From an uncultured Pelagibacteraceae bacterium (lineage in GTDB: Bacteria; Pseudomonadota; Alphaproteobacteria; Pelagibacterales; Pelagibacteraceae): 64,000 nt of DNA. The translations under genes and the position numbers were made by a program. The notes under the pieces are model-generated. The model made no database searches. It was not told where the DNA came from and worked only from the letters and a program-made list of their open reading frames with translations. The DNA is taken from the NCBI GenBank assembly GCA_902543575.1, contig CACBYV010000004.1, positions 47,558-111,557 on the forward strand. Reading direction: 5' to 3'. The stretch's first letter is position 1, and the number at the start of each line of letters is the position of its first letter. Positions 38,073 through 49,271 of the stretch are shown here, in pieces.

Positions 38073-38135
38073 AATACATGCTCTCGCTCAGATTGCAAAA
38101 TAATTTGAGAAAATTAACCCAATTTTAACATCAAG

Positions 38136-39176
<1,041 letters not shown>

Positions 39177-39725
39177 TTATTTAAATATATCTGCACCTCT
39201 TGTCATAGCTACGGCTCCTGTTCTTGAAACACTCACCAATCCAAATTTTTTTAAATCCTTTGACATTTTGTCTATTTCACGTCTTAAAGCTGTTATTTGA
39301 ATAACATTTGATTTTTTTGTTTTGTCTAGTAATACAGGATTATATTTTTTACAAGCTTTCAATGCACTTTCTAATTTATTGTTTGGACCAACAATTTTAA
39401 ATAACGCCATCTCCTTAAAGATGACTGCTTTATCTTCTCTTTTAAAATCTGCAACTTTATGAACAGGTACAAGTTTTCTTAATTGAAGTTTAATTTGATT
39501 AATAACTTGTGGTGTTCCTGTAGTTACAATTGTTATCCTTGATATTTTTAATTTTTCATCAACTTGGGCAACTGCTAAAGATTCAATATTATAACCCCTA
39601 CCGGAGAATAGACCGACTACTCTAGCCAATACACCAGCTTCATTGTCTACCCAAACAACTATAATATGTGTATCAAATTTCTCTTTTTTATTAGAAAAAC
39701 TATACGCTGATTTTGAGTTAGGCAT
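39177..39725 (-). CDS. ilvH: acetolactate synthase small (regulatory) subunit
   Basis: 182 aa. ACT domain (VDNEAGVLARVVGLFSGRGYNIESL). Abuts the large subunit gene. Confidence 0.9.
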   Translation of the reverse strand: MPNSKSAYSFSNKKEKFDTHIIVVWVDNEAGVLARVVGLFSGRGYNIESLAVAQVDEKLKISRITIVTTGTPQVINQIKLQLRKLVPVHKVADFKREDKAVIFKEMALFKIVGPNNKLESALKACKKYNPVLLDKTKKSNVIQITALRREIDKMSKDLKKFGLVSVSRTGAVAMTRGADIFK

Positions 39726-41491
39726 TAAACTAAGGACTTACCTTTGCCGGTAATTTTCTTACTTTCTTGATCTTTGGGACCTAAAATCATCTGATTATGA
39801 GGCTTTCCTGATGGTATCATTGGAAAACAATTCTCTACTTTATCAACCATACAATCAAATATTACAGGTCTATCTGTATTCAACATTTCAATAATTTTAT
39901 CGTCTAACTCTTCTGGTGTTTTTGCTCTTATACCAACACAGTTATATGCTTCAGCTAATTTAACAAAATCTGGTAAAGCAGCAGTATAACTTTCAGAATA
40001 GTTTTTATCATGTAAAAGTTCTTGCCATTGTCTGACCATACCCATGTATTGATTATTCAATATAAATATTTTAATTGGAAGGTTGTATTGTACAGCTGTA
40101 GACATTTCCTGTATTGTCATTAATACCGATGCCTCACCTGCAATATCTATAACTAATTTTTTTGGATGAGCGACTTGTACACCCACTGCTGCTGGTAAAC
40201 CATATCCCATGGTACCTAAGCCACCAGATGTCATCCAACGATTTGGTTTGTTAAATTTATAATGTTGTGCAGCCCACATCTGATGCTGTCCTACTTCAGT
40301 TGTAATGTATGAGTCTTTGTCTTTAGTCAATTCATACAATCTTTCAATCGCATACTGAGGTTTTATAGTCTCTTCACTTCCAATATAATCTAAAGATCTA
40401 ACCGACCTCCATTTTTGAATTTTTTCCCACCACTTAGAAGTTTTTTGTTTATTTGATTTTAAAAATTTTGATTTTTTTTGTTTTAAACTTTTTAAAGTAG
40501 ATGAAAGAACAGTTTTTACATCTCCCACAATAGCTAAATCAACCTTAACATTTTTATTAATAGAAGATGGATCTATATCAATATGAACTTTTTTTGATTT
40601 GGGTGAAAATTCATCTATTTTTCCTGTTATCCTATCATCGAAACGTGCTCCAATGTTAATCATTAAATCACAATCGTGCATTGCATTATTTGCTTCATAA
40701 GTTCCATGCATACCCAACATTCCCAAAAATTGATTATCATCACCTGGGAAAGATCCTAATCCTTGCAAAGTTGATGTAATTGGAAAACCTGTTGCGTAAA
40801 CAAGTTCCCTTAAAAGTTCACTAGCCTTTGGTCCAGAATTAATTACTCCTCCACCAGTATAAAAAATAGGTTTTGAAGATTTACTCATTAATTCAATTAA
40901 TTCATCAATGCTGTTTTGATTAAAATGGTTGTGAGATTTACCGTTTAATTTATTTTCTTTTTTAGGTTTTGAATATTTTGTTTTTTGAAATTGAATATCT
41001 TTTGGTATATCGACCAAAACTGGCCCTGGTCTACCAGTAGTTGCTACCTCAAAAGCTTTATGTATTGTACTAGCTAAATCATTTATATCCTTGACTAACC
41101 AATTATGTTTAGTGCAAGGTCTGGTTATTCCAGTTGTATCACATTCTTGAAATGCATCTGTGCCAATTAAATGAGTTGGAACTTGTCCAGAGATACAAAC
41201 TAGTGGAATAGAATCCATATAGGCATCTGTCAAAGCTGTAACTACATTTGTTGCGCCCGGTCCCGAGGTTACTAAAATAACACCTGGTTTACCAGATGAT
41301 CTTGCATATCCTTCTGCAGCATGACCTGCGCCTTGTTCATGTCTTACTAAAACGTGTTTGATTGATTTAAAATTTTGTAGTTCGTCATAAATTGGAAGAA
41401 CAGCACCGCCTGGATAACCAAAGATATGATCAACATTTTGATCCTCCATACACTTAAATACGATTTCAGCTCCAGAGTATAATTTTGACAT
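39725..41491 (-). CDS. ilvB: acetolactate synthase large subunit
   Basis: 588 aa. ThDP enzyme, GGLGTMGYGLPAAVG and ILNNQYMGMV motifs. Confidence 0.95.
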   Translation of the reverse strand: MSKLYSGAEIVFKCMEDQNVDHIFGYPGGAVLPIYDELQNFKSIKHVLVRHEQGAGHAAEGYARSSGKPGVILVTSGPGATNVVTALTDAYMDSIPLVCISGQVPTHLIGTDAFQECDTTGITRPCTKHNWLVKDINDLASTIHKAFEVATTGRPGPVLVDIPKDIQFQKTKYSKPKKENKLNGKSHNHFNQNSIDELIELMSKSSKPIFYTGGGVINSGPKASELLRELVYATGFPITSTLQGLGSFPGDDNQFLGMLGMHGTYEANNAMHDCDLMINIGARFDDRITGKIDEFSPKSKKVHIDIDPSSINKNVKVDLAIVGDVKTVLSSTLKSLKQKKSKFLKSNKQKTSKWWEKIQKWRSVRSLDYIGSEETIKPQYAIERLYELTKDKDSYITTEVGQHQMWAAQHYKFNKPNRWMTSGGLGTMGYGLPAAVGVQVAHPKKLVIDIAGEASVLMTIQEMSTAVQYNLPIKIFILNNQYMGMVRQWQELLHDKNYSESYTAALPDFVKLAEAYNCVGIRAKTPEELDDKIIEMLNTDRPVIFDCMVDKVENCFPMIPSGKPHNQMILGPKDQESKKITGKGKSLV

Positions 41492-41532
41492 TCAGACAAT
41501 CTAGCTGAAGTTGTGCTTATAGGTCAAGCAAT

Positions 41533-42453
41533 CTATGCTGATTTAGGAAATTTTTTTAAAAATGATTTAAGAGTATTAAATTTTATTTTTTGCCAATCAG
41601 ACATTTGTCCTCTTGCCCAAGTGGACTGTCTCTTGGCATATTGCCTTGTTTTTATTGATATTTTTTCTTTCAATTCTGTAAGATCTATTCTTTTGTCTAA
41701 ATATTCTTTAATCTCACTTAGACCAATAACTTTATTAGATGATAAATCTTTCTTAATTTGTAATTTATAAAACCTCTTAGCCTCTTTTATTGCCCCATCT
41801 CTCAACATATCATTTGTTCTTAATGAAATTCTCTCAAGTAACTTATCTCTGGGATAATCAATATGTAACTTTATGAAACTTTCTTGAGTAAAATCAGAAT
41901 ATGTTTCATTATACCAATCAAACAAAGATTTATTTGTAAACTTTTTTACTTCATAGGCTCTTATAGATCTTTGAGAATCGTTTTTGCTAATTTTTTTTTT
42001 GCAAAGTGGGTCTAGCTTAATAAGTTCAGAATAAAATTTAATTTGTCCTATTTTTGATTGTTTTTTTCTTATTTTATTTCGAAAGGTAGGTGGAATATCA
42101 GGGATTTTAACTATACCATCGATAAGTGCTTTAAAATATAAACCTGTTCCACCAACAAGAATTGGAATTTTATTGTTTTTCTTAATATTATTAATTTTTT
42201 TTTTGGCATCCTTAAGCCAATTTCCTGTAGAATAATTATCCTTTACACTTTTAAATCCATATAAGTGATGTTTTATATTCTTTAAATCATTTCGCTTTGG
42301 TCTTGCAGTAAGAATTTTTAATTCTTTAAAGATTTGCATACTATCTGCATTTATAACTTCACCATTTATTTTTTTTGCAAGCTGTATAGCAAATTTTGAT
42401 TTTCCAGATGCTGTTGGTCCTGAAATAAGAATTATTTTGGACTTTAAGTCCAT
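41533..42453 (-). CDS. miaA: tRNA dimethylallyltransferase
   Basis: 306 aa. P-loop ISGPTASGKS, IPILVGGTGLY. Confidence 0.9.
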   Translation of the reverse strand: MDLKSKIILISGPTASGKSKFAIQLAKKINGEVINADSMQIFKELKILTARPKRNDLKNIKHHLYGFKSVKDNYSTGNWLKDAKKKINNIKKNNKIPILVGGTGLYFKALIDGIVKIPDIPPTFRNKIRKKQSKIGQIKFYSELIKLDPLCKKKISKNDSQRSIRAYEVKKFTNKSLFDWYNETYSDFTQESFIKLHIDYPRDKLLERISLRTNDMLRDGAIKEAKRFYKLQIKKDLSSNKVIGLSEIKEYLDKRIDLTELKEKISIKTRQYAKRQSTWARGQMSDWQKIKFNTLKSFLKKFPKSA

Positions 42454-43871
42454 TAGTTTAGTTTAACACCAATATATCTTCTTTGATTATTGTTATTGTA
42501 AATTGCGATAAGTAAACTTTTATCATTACCTTTTAGGGCTAGTTTTACAATGTTATCGAGATCGCCAATGGTGTTGATTTTTTTCTTTTGTGCCTCAACA
42601 ATAATGTTATTTACTTGAAGATAATTGACTGGGCTATCTTTATCGATTTCTGTAATAACTAATCCTGTTGTATTTTTAGGTAGATTTCTTTCTTTAATAT
42701 CATCTTTATTTAGCAATCTCACTTTTATTTTTAAGCCATCAATTGTGTCTTCTTTTGGTTTTTCAGTTACTAATCCTTGAGATTTAAAGTCTTCAGATGT
42801 TTCCAATCTTCCAAGTATAATTTCCTTAGTTATTTCCCTTTTATTTCTCCAAACTTTTAATTTTACTTTTTTTCCAACTTCAGTTTCTGCAACTATTCTG
42901 GGAAGTTCACTCATTTCATTAATTTTTTTACCATCAAATTCTAAAATTATATCTCCAGCTTTAATCCCTCCCTTATCTGATGGACTATTTTCAGCTACAC
43001 TTGCAACAAGTGCTCCTCTTGGTTCATCTAATTTTTCAACATCTGCAATATCTTTTGTGACTGTTTGAATTCTTACACCTAGCCATCCTCTTTTAGTTTC
43101 ACCAAATTCGATTAATTGATTAATTACTTTTTGAGCACTATTAGAGGGAATTGCAAAACCAATTCCAATTGAACCTGATTGACCTAATATTGCAGTATTA
43201 ATTCCAACTACATCTCCATCCATGTTAAACAAAGGACCTCCTGAATTACCTTGGTTTATAGATGCATCAGTTTGAATGTAGTCTTCATACCTTGAAAGAC
43301 CAATACTTCTGTTTCTTGCTGAGATTATTCCAGCAGTAACCGTTCCACCTAAGCCAAATGGATTTCCAATTGCAATAACCCAATCACCAATTCTTGCAGT
43401 ATCAGAGTCTCCAAATTTAACTGGGGTAAATTTCTGATCTGACTCTATTTGAAGAACTGCCAAATCCATACCAGGATCAGCTCCAATTACTTTTGCCTTT
43501 ATATTTTTTTCACCATTAACTCTAACAAAAACATCCTCTGCACCCTGTATCACGTGATTATTTGTAATAACAATTCCTTTTTCATCTATTATAAAACCTG
43601 ATCCAAGCGCACTTGTCTGTCTTTTTTGAGGAGTTCCATAATCTTTGAACATATCTTCAAAAGGAGATCCAGGAGGAAATTCAAATGGAAATGGATTAGA
43701 CCTTGTTGTTACTGTTGTTGTAGTCGAGATATTTACTACTGACGGCATTAATTTTTCAGCTAGATCTGCAAAAGACGCAGGCATATTTGCTGCGCTGGAA
43801 GTATTTTGGATATTAATTGAAAATAATATTAGTAGTAAAATCTTTATGTATCTCATCTTTTTAAGTACCAA
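42453..43871 (-). CDS. degP: periplasmic serine endoprotease DegP/DegQ (HtrA family)
   Basis: 472 aa. Signal peptide, catalytic GNSGGPL, two PDZ-like C-terminal regions. Confidence 0.9.
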   Translation of the reverse strand: MVLKKMRYIKILLLILFSINIQNTSSAANMPASFADLAEKLMPSVVNISTTTTVTTRSNPFPFEFPPGSPFEDMFKDYGTPQKRQTSALGSGFIIDEKGIVITNNHVIQGAEDVFVRVNGEKNIKAKVIGADPGMDLAVLQIESDQKFTPVKFGDSDTARIGDWVIAIGNPFGLGGTVTAGIISARNRSIGLSRYEDYIQTDASINQGNSGGPLFNMDGDVVGINTAILGQSGSIGIGFAIPSNSAQKVINQLIEFGETKRGWLGVRIQTVTKDIADVEKLDEPRGALVASVAENSPSDKGGIKAGDIILEFDGKKINEMSELPRIVAETEVGKKVKLKVWRNKREITKEIILGRLETSEDFKSQGLVTEKPKEDTIDGLKIKVRLLNKDDIKERNLPKNTTGLVITEIDKDSPVNYLQVNNIIVEAQKKKINTIGDLDNIVKLALKGNDKSLLIAIYNNNNQRRYIGVKLN

Positions 43872-44038
43872 ATAATAAAAAAACCAATCACTGCAAATAT
43901 TAATCCACCAGTTCTTAACTGATTATCAGTAGCATCTTTTAATTTCATTATCATATTTTTCATTTTTGATGGAAATATGGCGTAAAGAATACCTTCAATA
44001 AAAAGGAATAGACCAAATGCTATGATCAATTCTCTCAT
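43853..44038 (-). CDS. DUF2065 (YjeT-like) small membrane protein
   Basis: 61 aa, two TM helices, conserved position between hflC and degP. Confidence 0.6.
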   Translation of the reverse strand: MRELIIAFGLFLFIEGILYAIFPSKMKNMIMKLKDATDNQLRTGGLIFAVIGFFIIWYLKR

Positions 44039-44043
44039 GAGAT

Positions 44044-44913
44044 TTACTCTACTTTTTGATCAATATTTCCGAAAAATTTAAAAAATTCACTGTCTGGTGA
44101 AAGTATCATTGAAGTCTCACCGCCGATTAAAGCTTTTTGGTATGCCTGCATAGCTCTATAAAATGCGAAAAATTCAGGATCTTGTCCAAAGGCGTCAGCG
44201 AAAATCTTGTTTTTCAAACCATCACCTTCACCCTTCATAATCTCAGATTTTTTTTGTGCATCTGCAAGTATAACGGTTACTTCTTTGTCAGCAGTTGAGG
44301 TAATTGTTACTGCCATCTCTGCACCTTTTGCTCTAAATTCTTTTGCCTCTCTTTCCCTTTCAGTTTGCATTCTTCTAAAAATTGCGTCACTGTTTGCTTG
44401 AGGAAGATCTGCTCTTTTAATTCTTACATCAACAATACTAATACCAAAATTTTCTGCTTCATTATTTACACCTTCTTGAATTAAAGACATTTGTTTTGTT
44501 CTATCTTCAGATAAAAGTGTTTGCAATTCTTGTTGACCAAGTACGTTTCTTATCCTTGAATTTATAATTGTTGCCAGTCTTGATCTTGCAACTCTTTCAT
44601 TTCCAACAGATATATAAAATTTAAGAGGATCAATTATTTGAAACCTTGCAAATGCATCGACTATTAATCTTTTTTGATCTGATGCAATGACCTCTTCTGG
44701 TGGTGTATCTAGATTTAAAATTCTTTTATCTAAGAATACAACGTTTTGTATGAATGGAATTTTAAAATTAATTCCTGGTTTCGATATAATTCTTTTAGGA
44801 TCACCAAATTGAAGAACAATAGCTTGATTAACCTCTTTTACTATAAAAACTGAAAAGTAAATTGTTGCAGCGATTAGTATTATTATTGGTAATAAAAATT
44901 TTCCAGCTTTCAT
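44044..44913 (-). CDS. hflC: FtsH protease modulator HflC (SPFH/band 7)
   Basis: 289 aa. N-terminal TM plus SPFH domain, follows hflK. Confidence 0.9.
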   Translation of the reverse strand: MKAGKFLLPIIILIAATIYFSVFIVKEVNQAIVLQFGDPKRIISKPGINFKIPFIQNVVFLDKRILNLDTPPEEVIASDQKRLIVDAFARFQIIDPLKFYISVGNERVARSRLATIINSRIRNVLGQQELQTLLSEDRTKQMSLIQEGVNNEAENFGISIVDVRIKRADLPQANSDAIFRRMQTEREREAKEFRAKGAEMAVTITSTADKEVTVILADAQKKSEIMKGEGDGLKNKIFADAFGQDPEFFAFYRAMQAYQKALIGGETSMILSPDSEFFKFFGNIDQKVE

Positions 44914-44914
44914 T

Positions 44915-46006
44915 TTAATTAGTTCCTGTCTTTAATTCTTGTAATGGTAGATATGGTACTACGCCTTCACCTGAATTTTTGTCGATTATTATTTTATTAA
45001 TATCAGCTAAAACTTCTTCCATTGTCTCAAGATACATTCTTTCTTGAGTTACTTTTTTAGCTTTTGCATACTCATTATAAATTGATAAAAATCTACTTGC
45101 TTCTCCTTCTGCCTTGGCAACAACTTCTTTTTTATAAGCTTCTGCTGCTTGAAGAATTTTTGCTGCTTCTCCTCGTGCTCTTGGGATTACATCGTTAGCA
45201 TATGCTTCTGCTTCGTTTTTAGATCTTTCCATATCCGCTCTAGCTGCCTGTACATCTCTAAATGCATCAATAACTTGGTCTGGTGGATCAGCTTTTTGAG
45301 TTTGAACTTGTGTAATTTGAATTCCACTTGTGTATTCATCTAAAATTTCTTGAATTATTTCTTGAGTATCAGCTTCTATGAGAGATCTACCTTCAGTCAG
45401 AATTGGTTGAATATCAGATCGTGCAATCACCTCTCTCATCGCTGTTTCAGCAGCTGCTTTAACTGTTCCTTCTGGATCTTGAATTTTGAATAGAAAATTA
45501 CCAGCATCTTTAATTACCCAAAATACTGAAAAATCTATGTTAACTATGTTTTCATCACCTGTTAACATTAAACTTTCTTCTGGAACATCTGCAACTCCGC
45601 CTGAAGAAAATCCGCTATCTCTTTCTGACCTAAATCCAATATCCATTCGATTAACTTTTGTGACCTTAGGGGTTAGTACATTTTCTATTGGAAAAGGAAG
45701 ATGATAATTTAATCCAGGTTGGGTAGTTTTAACAAATTTTCCAAATCTTAATACAACTCCTTGTTCATCAGGTAAAACTCTATAAAGGCCACTTAAAGTC
45801 CAAACAATTAGAAGAATTATCAGACCAATTATTATTGGCTTAGCACCCCCTTTGCCACCACCTAAAAATCTATTTATTATTGATTGTAATTTACTTATAA
45901 CTTCATCAATATTTGGGGGAGTAGGACCTTTTCTAAATCCACCATTTCCACTACCGCCTCCTCCTGGAGGTGATCCCCATGGGCTTTGATTTCTAAAATC
46001 GCTCAT
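44915..46006 (-). CDS. hflK: FtsH protease modulator HflK (SPFH/band 7)
   Basis: 363 aa. Gly-rich N-terminus, TM, SPFH domain, C-terminal coiled coil. Confidence 0.9.
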   Translation of the reverse strand: MSDFRNQSPWGSPPGGGGSGNGGFRKGPTPPNIDEVISKLQSIINRFLGGGKGGAKPIIIGLIILLIVWTLSGLYRVLPDEQGVVLRFGKFVKTTQPGLNYHLPFPIENVLTPKVTKVNRMDIGFRSERDSGFSSGGVADVPEESLMLTGDENIVNIDFSVFWVIKDAGNFLFKIQDPEGTVKAAAETAMREVIARSDIQPILTEGRSLIEADTQEIIQEILDEYTSGIQITQVQTQKADPPDQVIDAFRDVQAARADMERSKNEAEAYANDVIPRARGEAAKILQAAEAYKKEVVAKAEGEASRFLSIYNEYAKAKKVTQERMYLETMEEVLADINKIIIDKNSGEGVVPYLPLQELKTGTN

Positions 46007-46009
46007 AAT

Positions 46010-46031
46010 AAGACACTCTATATAGTGTCTT
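46010..46031. repeat. 22-nt palindrome AAGACACTCTATATAGTGTCTT (10 of 11 pairs) between divergent hflK and mrp
   Basis: Read directly. 8-bp perfect GC-containing arms AAGACACT/AGTGTCTT. Begins 4 nt upstream of the hflK ATG. Function unknown. Confidence 0.6.
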
Positions 46032-46060
46032 TATTAGTAAAAACAAGATAATGGTAAATT

Positions 46061-46885
46061 ATGGGTGAAAAAAAAGTAGGTTTAAGTGACACAACAAAGG
46101 CAAAAACTGAGCCAAAAACCTTCAGACGGAACCCAATTATTGGAACAAAGTTTACAATTGCAATATCAAGTGCAAAAGGAGGAGTAGGAAAGTCGACATT
46201 TGCCTCGAATCTTGCTTTGGCATTAAAAAAAATGGGCTTAAATGTTGGTTTGCTTGATGCAGATATATATGGACCATCATTGCCAAAATTATTCTCAATT
46301 AATGAAAAGCCTGAAAGTGATGGGCAAAAATTAAAGCCTATTTCAAAATATGGAATACAATGTATGTCCATAGGATTTTTAACAGAGGAACAAACACCAA
46401 TGATTTGGCGAGGTCCAATGGTTATTTCTGCGATAAAAACTTTTACACAAAAAGTTTTGTGGGAAAATTTAGATTTTTTAATTGTTGATATGCCACCAGG
46501 AACTGGTGATACGCAATTGACTTTTGCGCAAGAGATTAATGTGGATGGAGTAATTATTATATCTACACCACAAGAAATAGCCTTACAGGATGTAAAACGT
46601 GGAATAAGGATGTTCGATAAACTTAAAGTAAAAATATTAGGACTTATAGATAATATGAGTCATTTCGTTGGAGATGATGGAAAAAAATATGCAATATTCG
46701 GTGAAGGTGGCGTAAAAAAGACTGCTGAAGAATTTAAAAAAGATTTTATGGGAGAAATACCAATTGATCCTGAAGTTGGAAAGCAAGGCGATTTAGGTTC
46801 ACCAATAGTAGAAAGCAAGCCAGACCATGAGGTATCAAAAATATATTTTAAGTTTGCCGAAAAAATTAAATCAATTTATCTTTAA
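46061..46885 (+). CDS. apbC: Fe-S cluster carrier ATPase Mrp/ApbC (short form)
   Basis: 274 aa. Deviant Walker [20 protein letters not shown], CxxC-less short C-terminus. Confidence 0.88.
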   Translation: MGEKKVGLSDTTKAKTEPKTFRRNPIIGTKFTIAISSAKGGVGKSTFASNLALALKKMGLNVGLLDADIYGPSLPKLFSINEKPESDGQKLKPISKYGIQCMSIGFLTEEQTPMIWRGPMVISAIKTFTQKVLWENLDFLIVDMPPGTGDTQLTFAQEINVDGVIIISTPQEIALQDVKRGIRMFDKLKVKILGLIDNMSHFVGDDGKKYAIFGEGGVKKTAEEFKKDFMGEIPIDPEVGKQGDLGSPIVESKPDHEVSKIYFKFAEKIKSIYL

Positions 46886-47813
46886 GATCAAAAGCTTCCA
46901 TAAGTTCGTTCCATTCTCTTTTCGATAAACCTGTGTCATCGATAGAAACATTTTCACCTTTTATAAGTTTTTGAATAATAATTTTTCCTTTTGCAGAAAC
47001 TTCTGTTCCACCAACCCTATAATCCATAAAAGCTTCATAAGTTATTGGTACCCATTTTTTAACAGTATCAAGCATAGCATCAGCATAAGCTCTAATCTCG
47101 TACTGAGCATGATGATCTGCTCTGAGCCTCAAAAAATTCATCAGATTTAGTAAATCTGTTTTCCAATACCATTGAGTATAAGTATTTAATGTTAAGTTCA
47201 TTCTAGCAAGCTCTCTTGCTAAACCTACGGCATTTTCATCTATAGTTGATCCATCATATCTTTCATTAAGCATAGTTTCATAATTATTATAAGTTTGTTC
47301 AGCATCTCCTTTTAATAAATTCAAAACTTTTTTTGCTTTTTCTCCATCTAAAATATCACCTCTACCTTGTCTATTACTCTGTGATTGAGCGGCAAGATGT
47401 TGCGGCTCTGGTAGATAAAATTCTTTATCTAAAATCGAGTATCTTGCAGAGTATTCATTTACATTTGCTGTTCTATGTCTAATCCATTGCCTTGCTATAA
47501 ATATAGGTAGCTTTACATGATATTTTATTTCACACATTTCAAAAGGAGTACTGTGCCAATGTCTCATCAAATATTTAATTAAACCAGCATCTGTTGAAAC
47601 TTTTTTTGTGCCTTTTCCATAAGAAACTCTAGCTGATTGGACTACTGAAGTATCATCTCCCATATAGTCAACAACTCTTATAAAACCGTGGTCTAATATT
47701 GGAATTGCATCGTATAGAATTTTTTCAAGTTCCGGGGCTGTTACTCTTTTTGTTGAATTTTGCTGAGATTGCTGGTCTTTTATTTCTTTTATTTGTTCGT
47801 CAGTTAACTTCAT
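46866..47813 (-). CDS. thyX: FAD-dependent thymidylate synthase ThyX
   Basis: 315 aa. ThyX motif [17 protein letters not shown]. Confidence 0.9.
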   Translation of the reverse strand: MKLTDEQIKEIKDQQSQQNSTKRVTAPELEKILYDAIPILDHGFIRVVDYMGDDTSVVQSARVSYGKGTKKVSTDAGLIKYLMRHWHSTPFEMCEIKYHVKLPIFIARQWIRHRTANVNEYSARYSILDKEFYLPEPQHLAAQSQSNRQGRGDILDGEKAKKVLNLLKGDAEQTYNNYETMLNERYDGSTIDENAVGLARELARMNLTLNTYTQWYWKTDLLNLMNFLRLRADHHAQYEIRAYADAMLDTVKKWVPITYEAFMDYRVGGTEVSAKGKIIIQKLIKGENVSIDDTGLSKREWNELMEAFDLKDKLI

Positions 47814-47855
47814 GAATAATTTATTGAATCTATTGAATTTGGTTTTATATTATTA

Positions 47856-48115
47856 ATGTTGGTTTTCCAACTATGACGATAAACGAATTTCGTAATAACC
47901 ATTACGGACGTGGGGGCAGTACCCACCACCTCCACCATTTTCAACTTATGGGGGTGAATTAGGATCGACGGATGACTAAAAGTTATTCTTTCGTTCGGTA
48001 TTGTTCCGCCGTGAAGGGCAAATTTATAAATGCTAACGAAAGTTACGCACTTGCAGCTTAATTAACTTATTAATTAAGTTACGGGGTCCGGGGCACCTGG
48101 CAACAGAACGCCCCT
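47856..48115 (+). ncRNA. ssrA: circularly permuted (two-piece) tmRNA gene: acceptor piece ending CCA at 47937, ~12-nt spacer, coding piece from 47950
   Basis: T-arm GTGGG-GGCAGTA-CCCAC (47910-47926). The 3' acceptor strand CACCTCC+ACCA (47927-47937) pairs with the 5' GGGGGTG (47950-47956) and includes a G3:U pair. GGATCGACGG box present. Tag frame ends YALAA-TAA. Outer boundaries are approximate. Confidence 0.8.
48032..48061 (+). other. tmRNA tag reading frame ANESYALAA + TAA (resume codon assignment tentative)
   Basis: GCT AAC GAA AGT TAC GCA CTT GCA GCT TAA. Canonical (Y)ALAA ending. The stop is followed by hairpin TAACTTA-TTAAT-TAAGTTA (48063-48081). Confidence 0.6.
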
Positions 48116-48132
48116 AAAAAAATATTTGTTTT

Positions 48133-48218
48133 TGGTGCGGTCAGAGAGACTCGAACTCTCATGGGCTAGTCCCACACGGCCCTCAACCGTGCCTGTCTAC
48201 CAGTTTCAGCATGACCGC
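48133..48218 (-). tRNA. tRNA-Leu (anticodon GAG), CCA encoded
   Basis: The reverse complement folds as acceptor GCGGTCA/TGACCGC, a 3-bp D stem with AAACTGGTAGA loop, anticodon stem CACGG/CCGTG with loop TTGAGGG, a long variable arm, T arm GAGAG-TTCGAGT-CTCTC, and ACCA. Confidence 0.9.
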
Positions 48219-48276
48219 ATGTTATGCGGCAGATTAAATGAATGACAATTCTATTTCAAGTTGATAAGTTTTTTTT

Positions 48277-49266
48277 ATGGAATTTACTAGTGAAATAAAA
48301 AAAGCAACAAGCTCAATTTATAACAAAGTATCAAAAAAAATTCCTGAGATAGAATGGGCAACACATGCGCCTTATATTTATAAAATTAATAAATTAAAGA
48401 AAGAGAAGAATGCTGTAATTCTCGCACACAATTATCAAACACCAGAAATTTATCACGGCATTTCAGATTTTTCAGCAGATTCTTTAGCTTTAGCAGTAGA
48501 GGCTGCAAAAACAAAAGCAGATATAATTGTAATGTGTGGAGTTCATTTTATGGCTGAAACTGCAAAATTAATGAGTCCAGAAAAAAAAGTTTTATTACCA
48601 GATATGAAGGCAGGTTGTTCACTCTCTTCGTCTATAACAGGCGATGATGTAAGAAATCTCAAAAAAAAATACCCTGGTGTTCCAGTAGTCTCGTATGTAA
48701 ATACATCTGCTGATGTTAAAGCTGAAACTGACGTTTGCTGTACATCTGCAAATGCAGTAAAAATTGTAGAATCACTAGGAGTAAAAAAAGTAATATTTTT
48801 ACCCGATGATTTTTTAGCTAAATATGTAGCATCGCAAACCGATATAGAAATAATTTCTTGGAAGGGAACTTGTGAAGTTCACGAACAATTCAATGATCAA
48901 GAAATTAATGATATTAGAAAAGCTAATCCAGGTATAAAAATAATAGCCCATCCAGAATGTCCACCTGATGTTATACAAGCGTCTGATTTTGCAGGTTCTA
49001 CAAGTGGAATGATTAAATACGTAAGAGATAATCAACCAGAAAAAGTCATGATGGTTACTGAATGCTCAATGAGCGACAATGTACAAATTGATAATCCAAA
49101 TGTTGAATTTATTAGACCATGTAATCTTTGTCCTCATATGAAAAGAATAACTTTGCCTAAAATATTAGATTGTTTAGAAAATGAAACTAACGAATTAATA
49201 ATGGACAGTGAGACAATCGAAAAAGCAAGAAAATCTGTAGAGAGAATGGCAGAAATAGGCAGATAA
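48277..49266 (+). CDS. nadA: quinolinate synthase
   Basis: 329 aa. ILAHNYQ, VHFMAETAK, HPECP signature segments. Confidence 0.92.
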   Translation: MEFTSEIKKATSSIYNKVSKKIPEIEWATHAPYIYKINKLKKEKNAVILAHNYQTPEIYHGISDFSADSLALAVEAAKTKADIIVMCGVHFMAETAKLMSPEKKVLLPDMKAGCSLSSSITGDDVRNLKKKYPGVPVVSYVNTSADVKAETDVCCTSANAVKIVESLGVKKVIFLPDDFLAKYVASQTDIEIISWKGTCEVHEQFNDQEINDIRKANPGIKIIAHPECPPDVIQASDFAGSTSGMIKYVRDNQPEKVMMVTECSMSDNVQIDNPNVEFIRPCNLCPHMKRITLPKILDCLENETNELIMDSETIEKARKSVERMAEIGR

Positions 49267-49271
49267 AATCT

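Noticed and set aside
38067-38083. 6-bp hairpin (GAGCAT-AATAC-ATGCTC) covering the annotated leuA start, as a possible leader or attenuator
   Set aside because: The stem is short and weak, with no leader peptide or T-box features. It more likely just indicates that the downstream ATG at 38051 may be the real start.
41991-42000. Other A/T10 homopolymers in coding regions (41991-42000 in miaA, 63001-63010 in tsaC, about 55700-55716 in glyQ, 16280-16288 in pilW-like) as phase-variation switches
   Set aside because: They encode Lys runs in essential housekeeping genes and are a by-product of AAA codon bias. Only the longest (A13 in sppA) was kept, as a low-interest finding.
46018-46371. 117-aa minus-strand ORF overlapping the 5' part of mrp/apbC
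   Set aside because: It lies entirely antisense to a well-supported Mrp gene (GKGGVGKST motif on the plus strand). Composition is low-complexity with no recognisable motif, so it is a shadow ORF.
48090-48114. Hairpin GGGGC-ACCTGGCAACAGAAC-GCCCC as a rho-independent terminator
   Set aside because: It is followed by A7 rather than a T-run on the plus strand, and by no T-run on the minus strand. It is more likely the terminal helix of the tmRNA coding piece.
47856-48218. tmRNA + tRNA-Leu pair as an integration site of a genomic island or prophage
   Set aside because: Flanking genes are housekeeping (thyX, nadA). No integrase, recombinase or phage gene is present, and I saw no duplicated tRNA/tmRNA 3' segment nearby.
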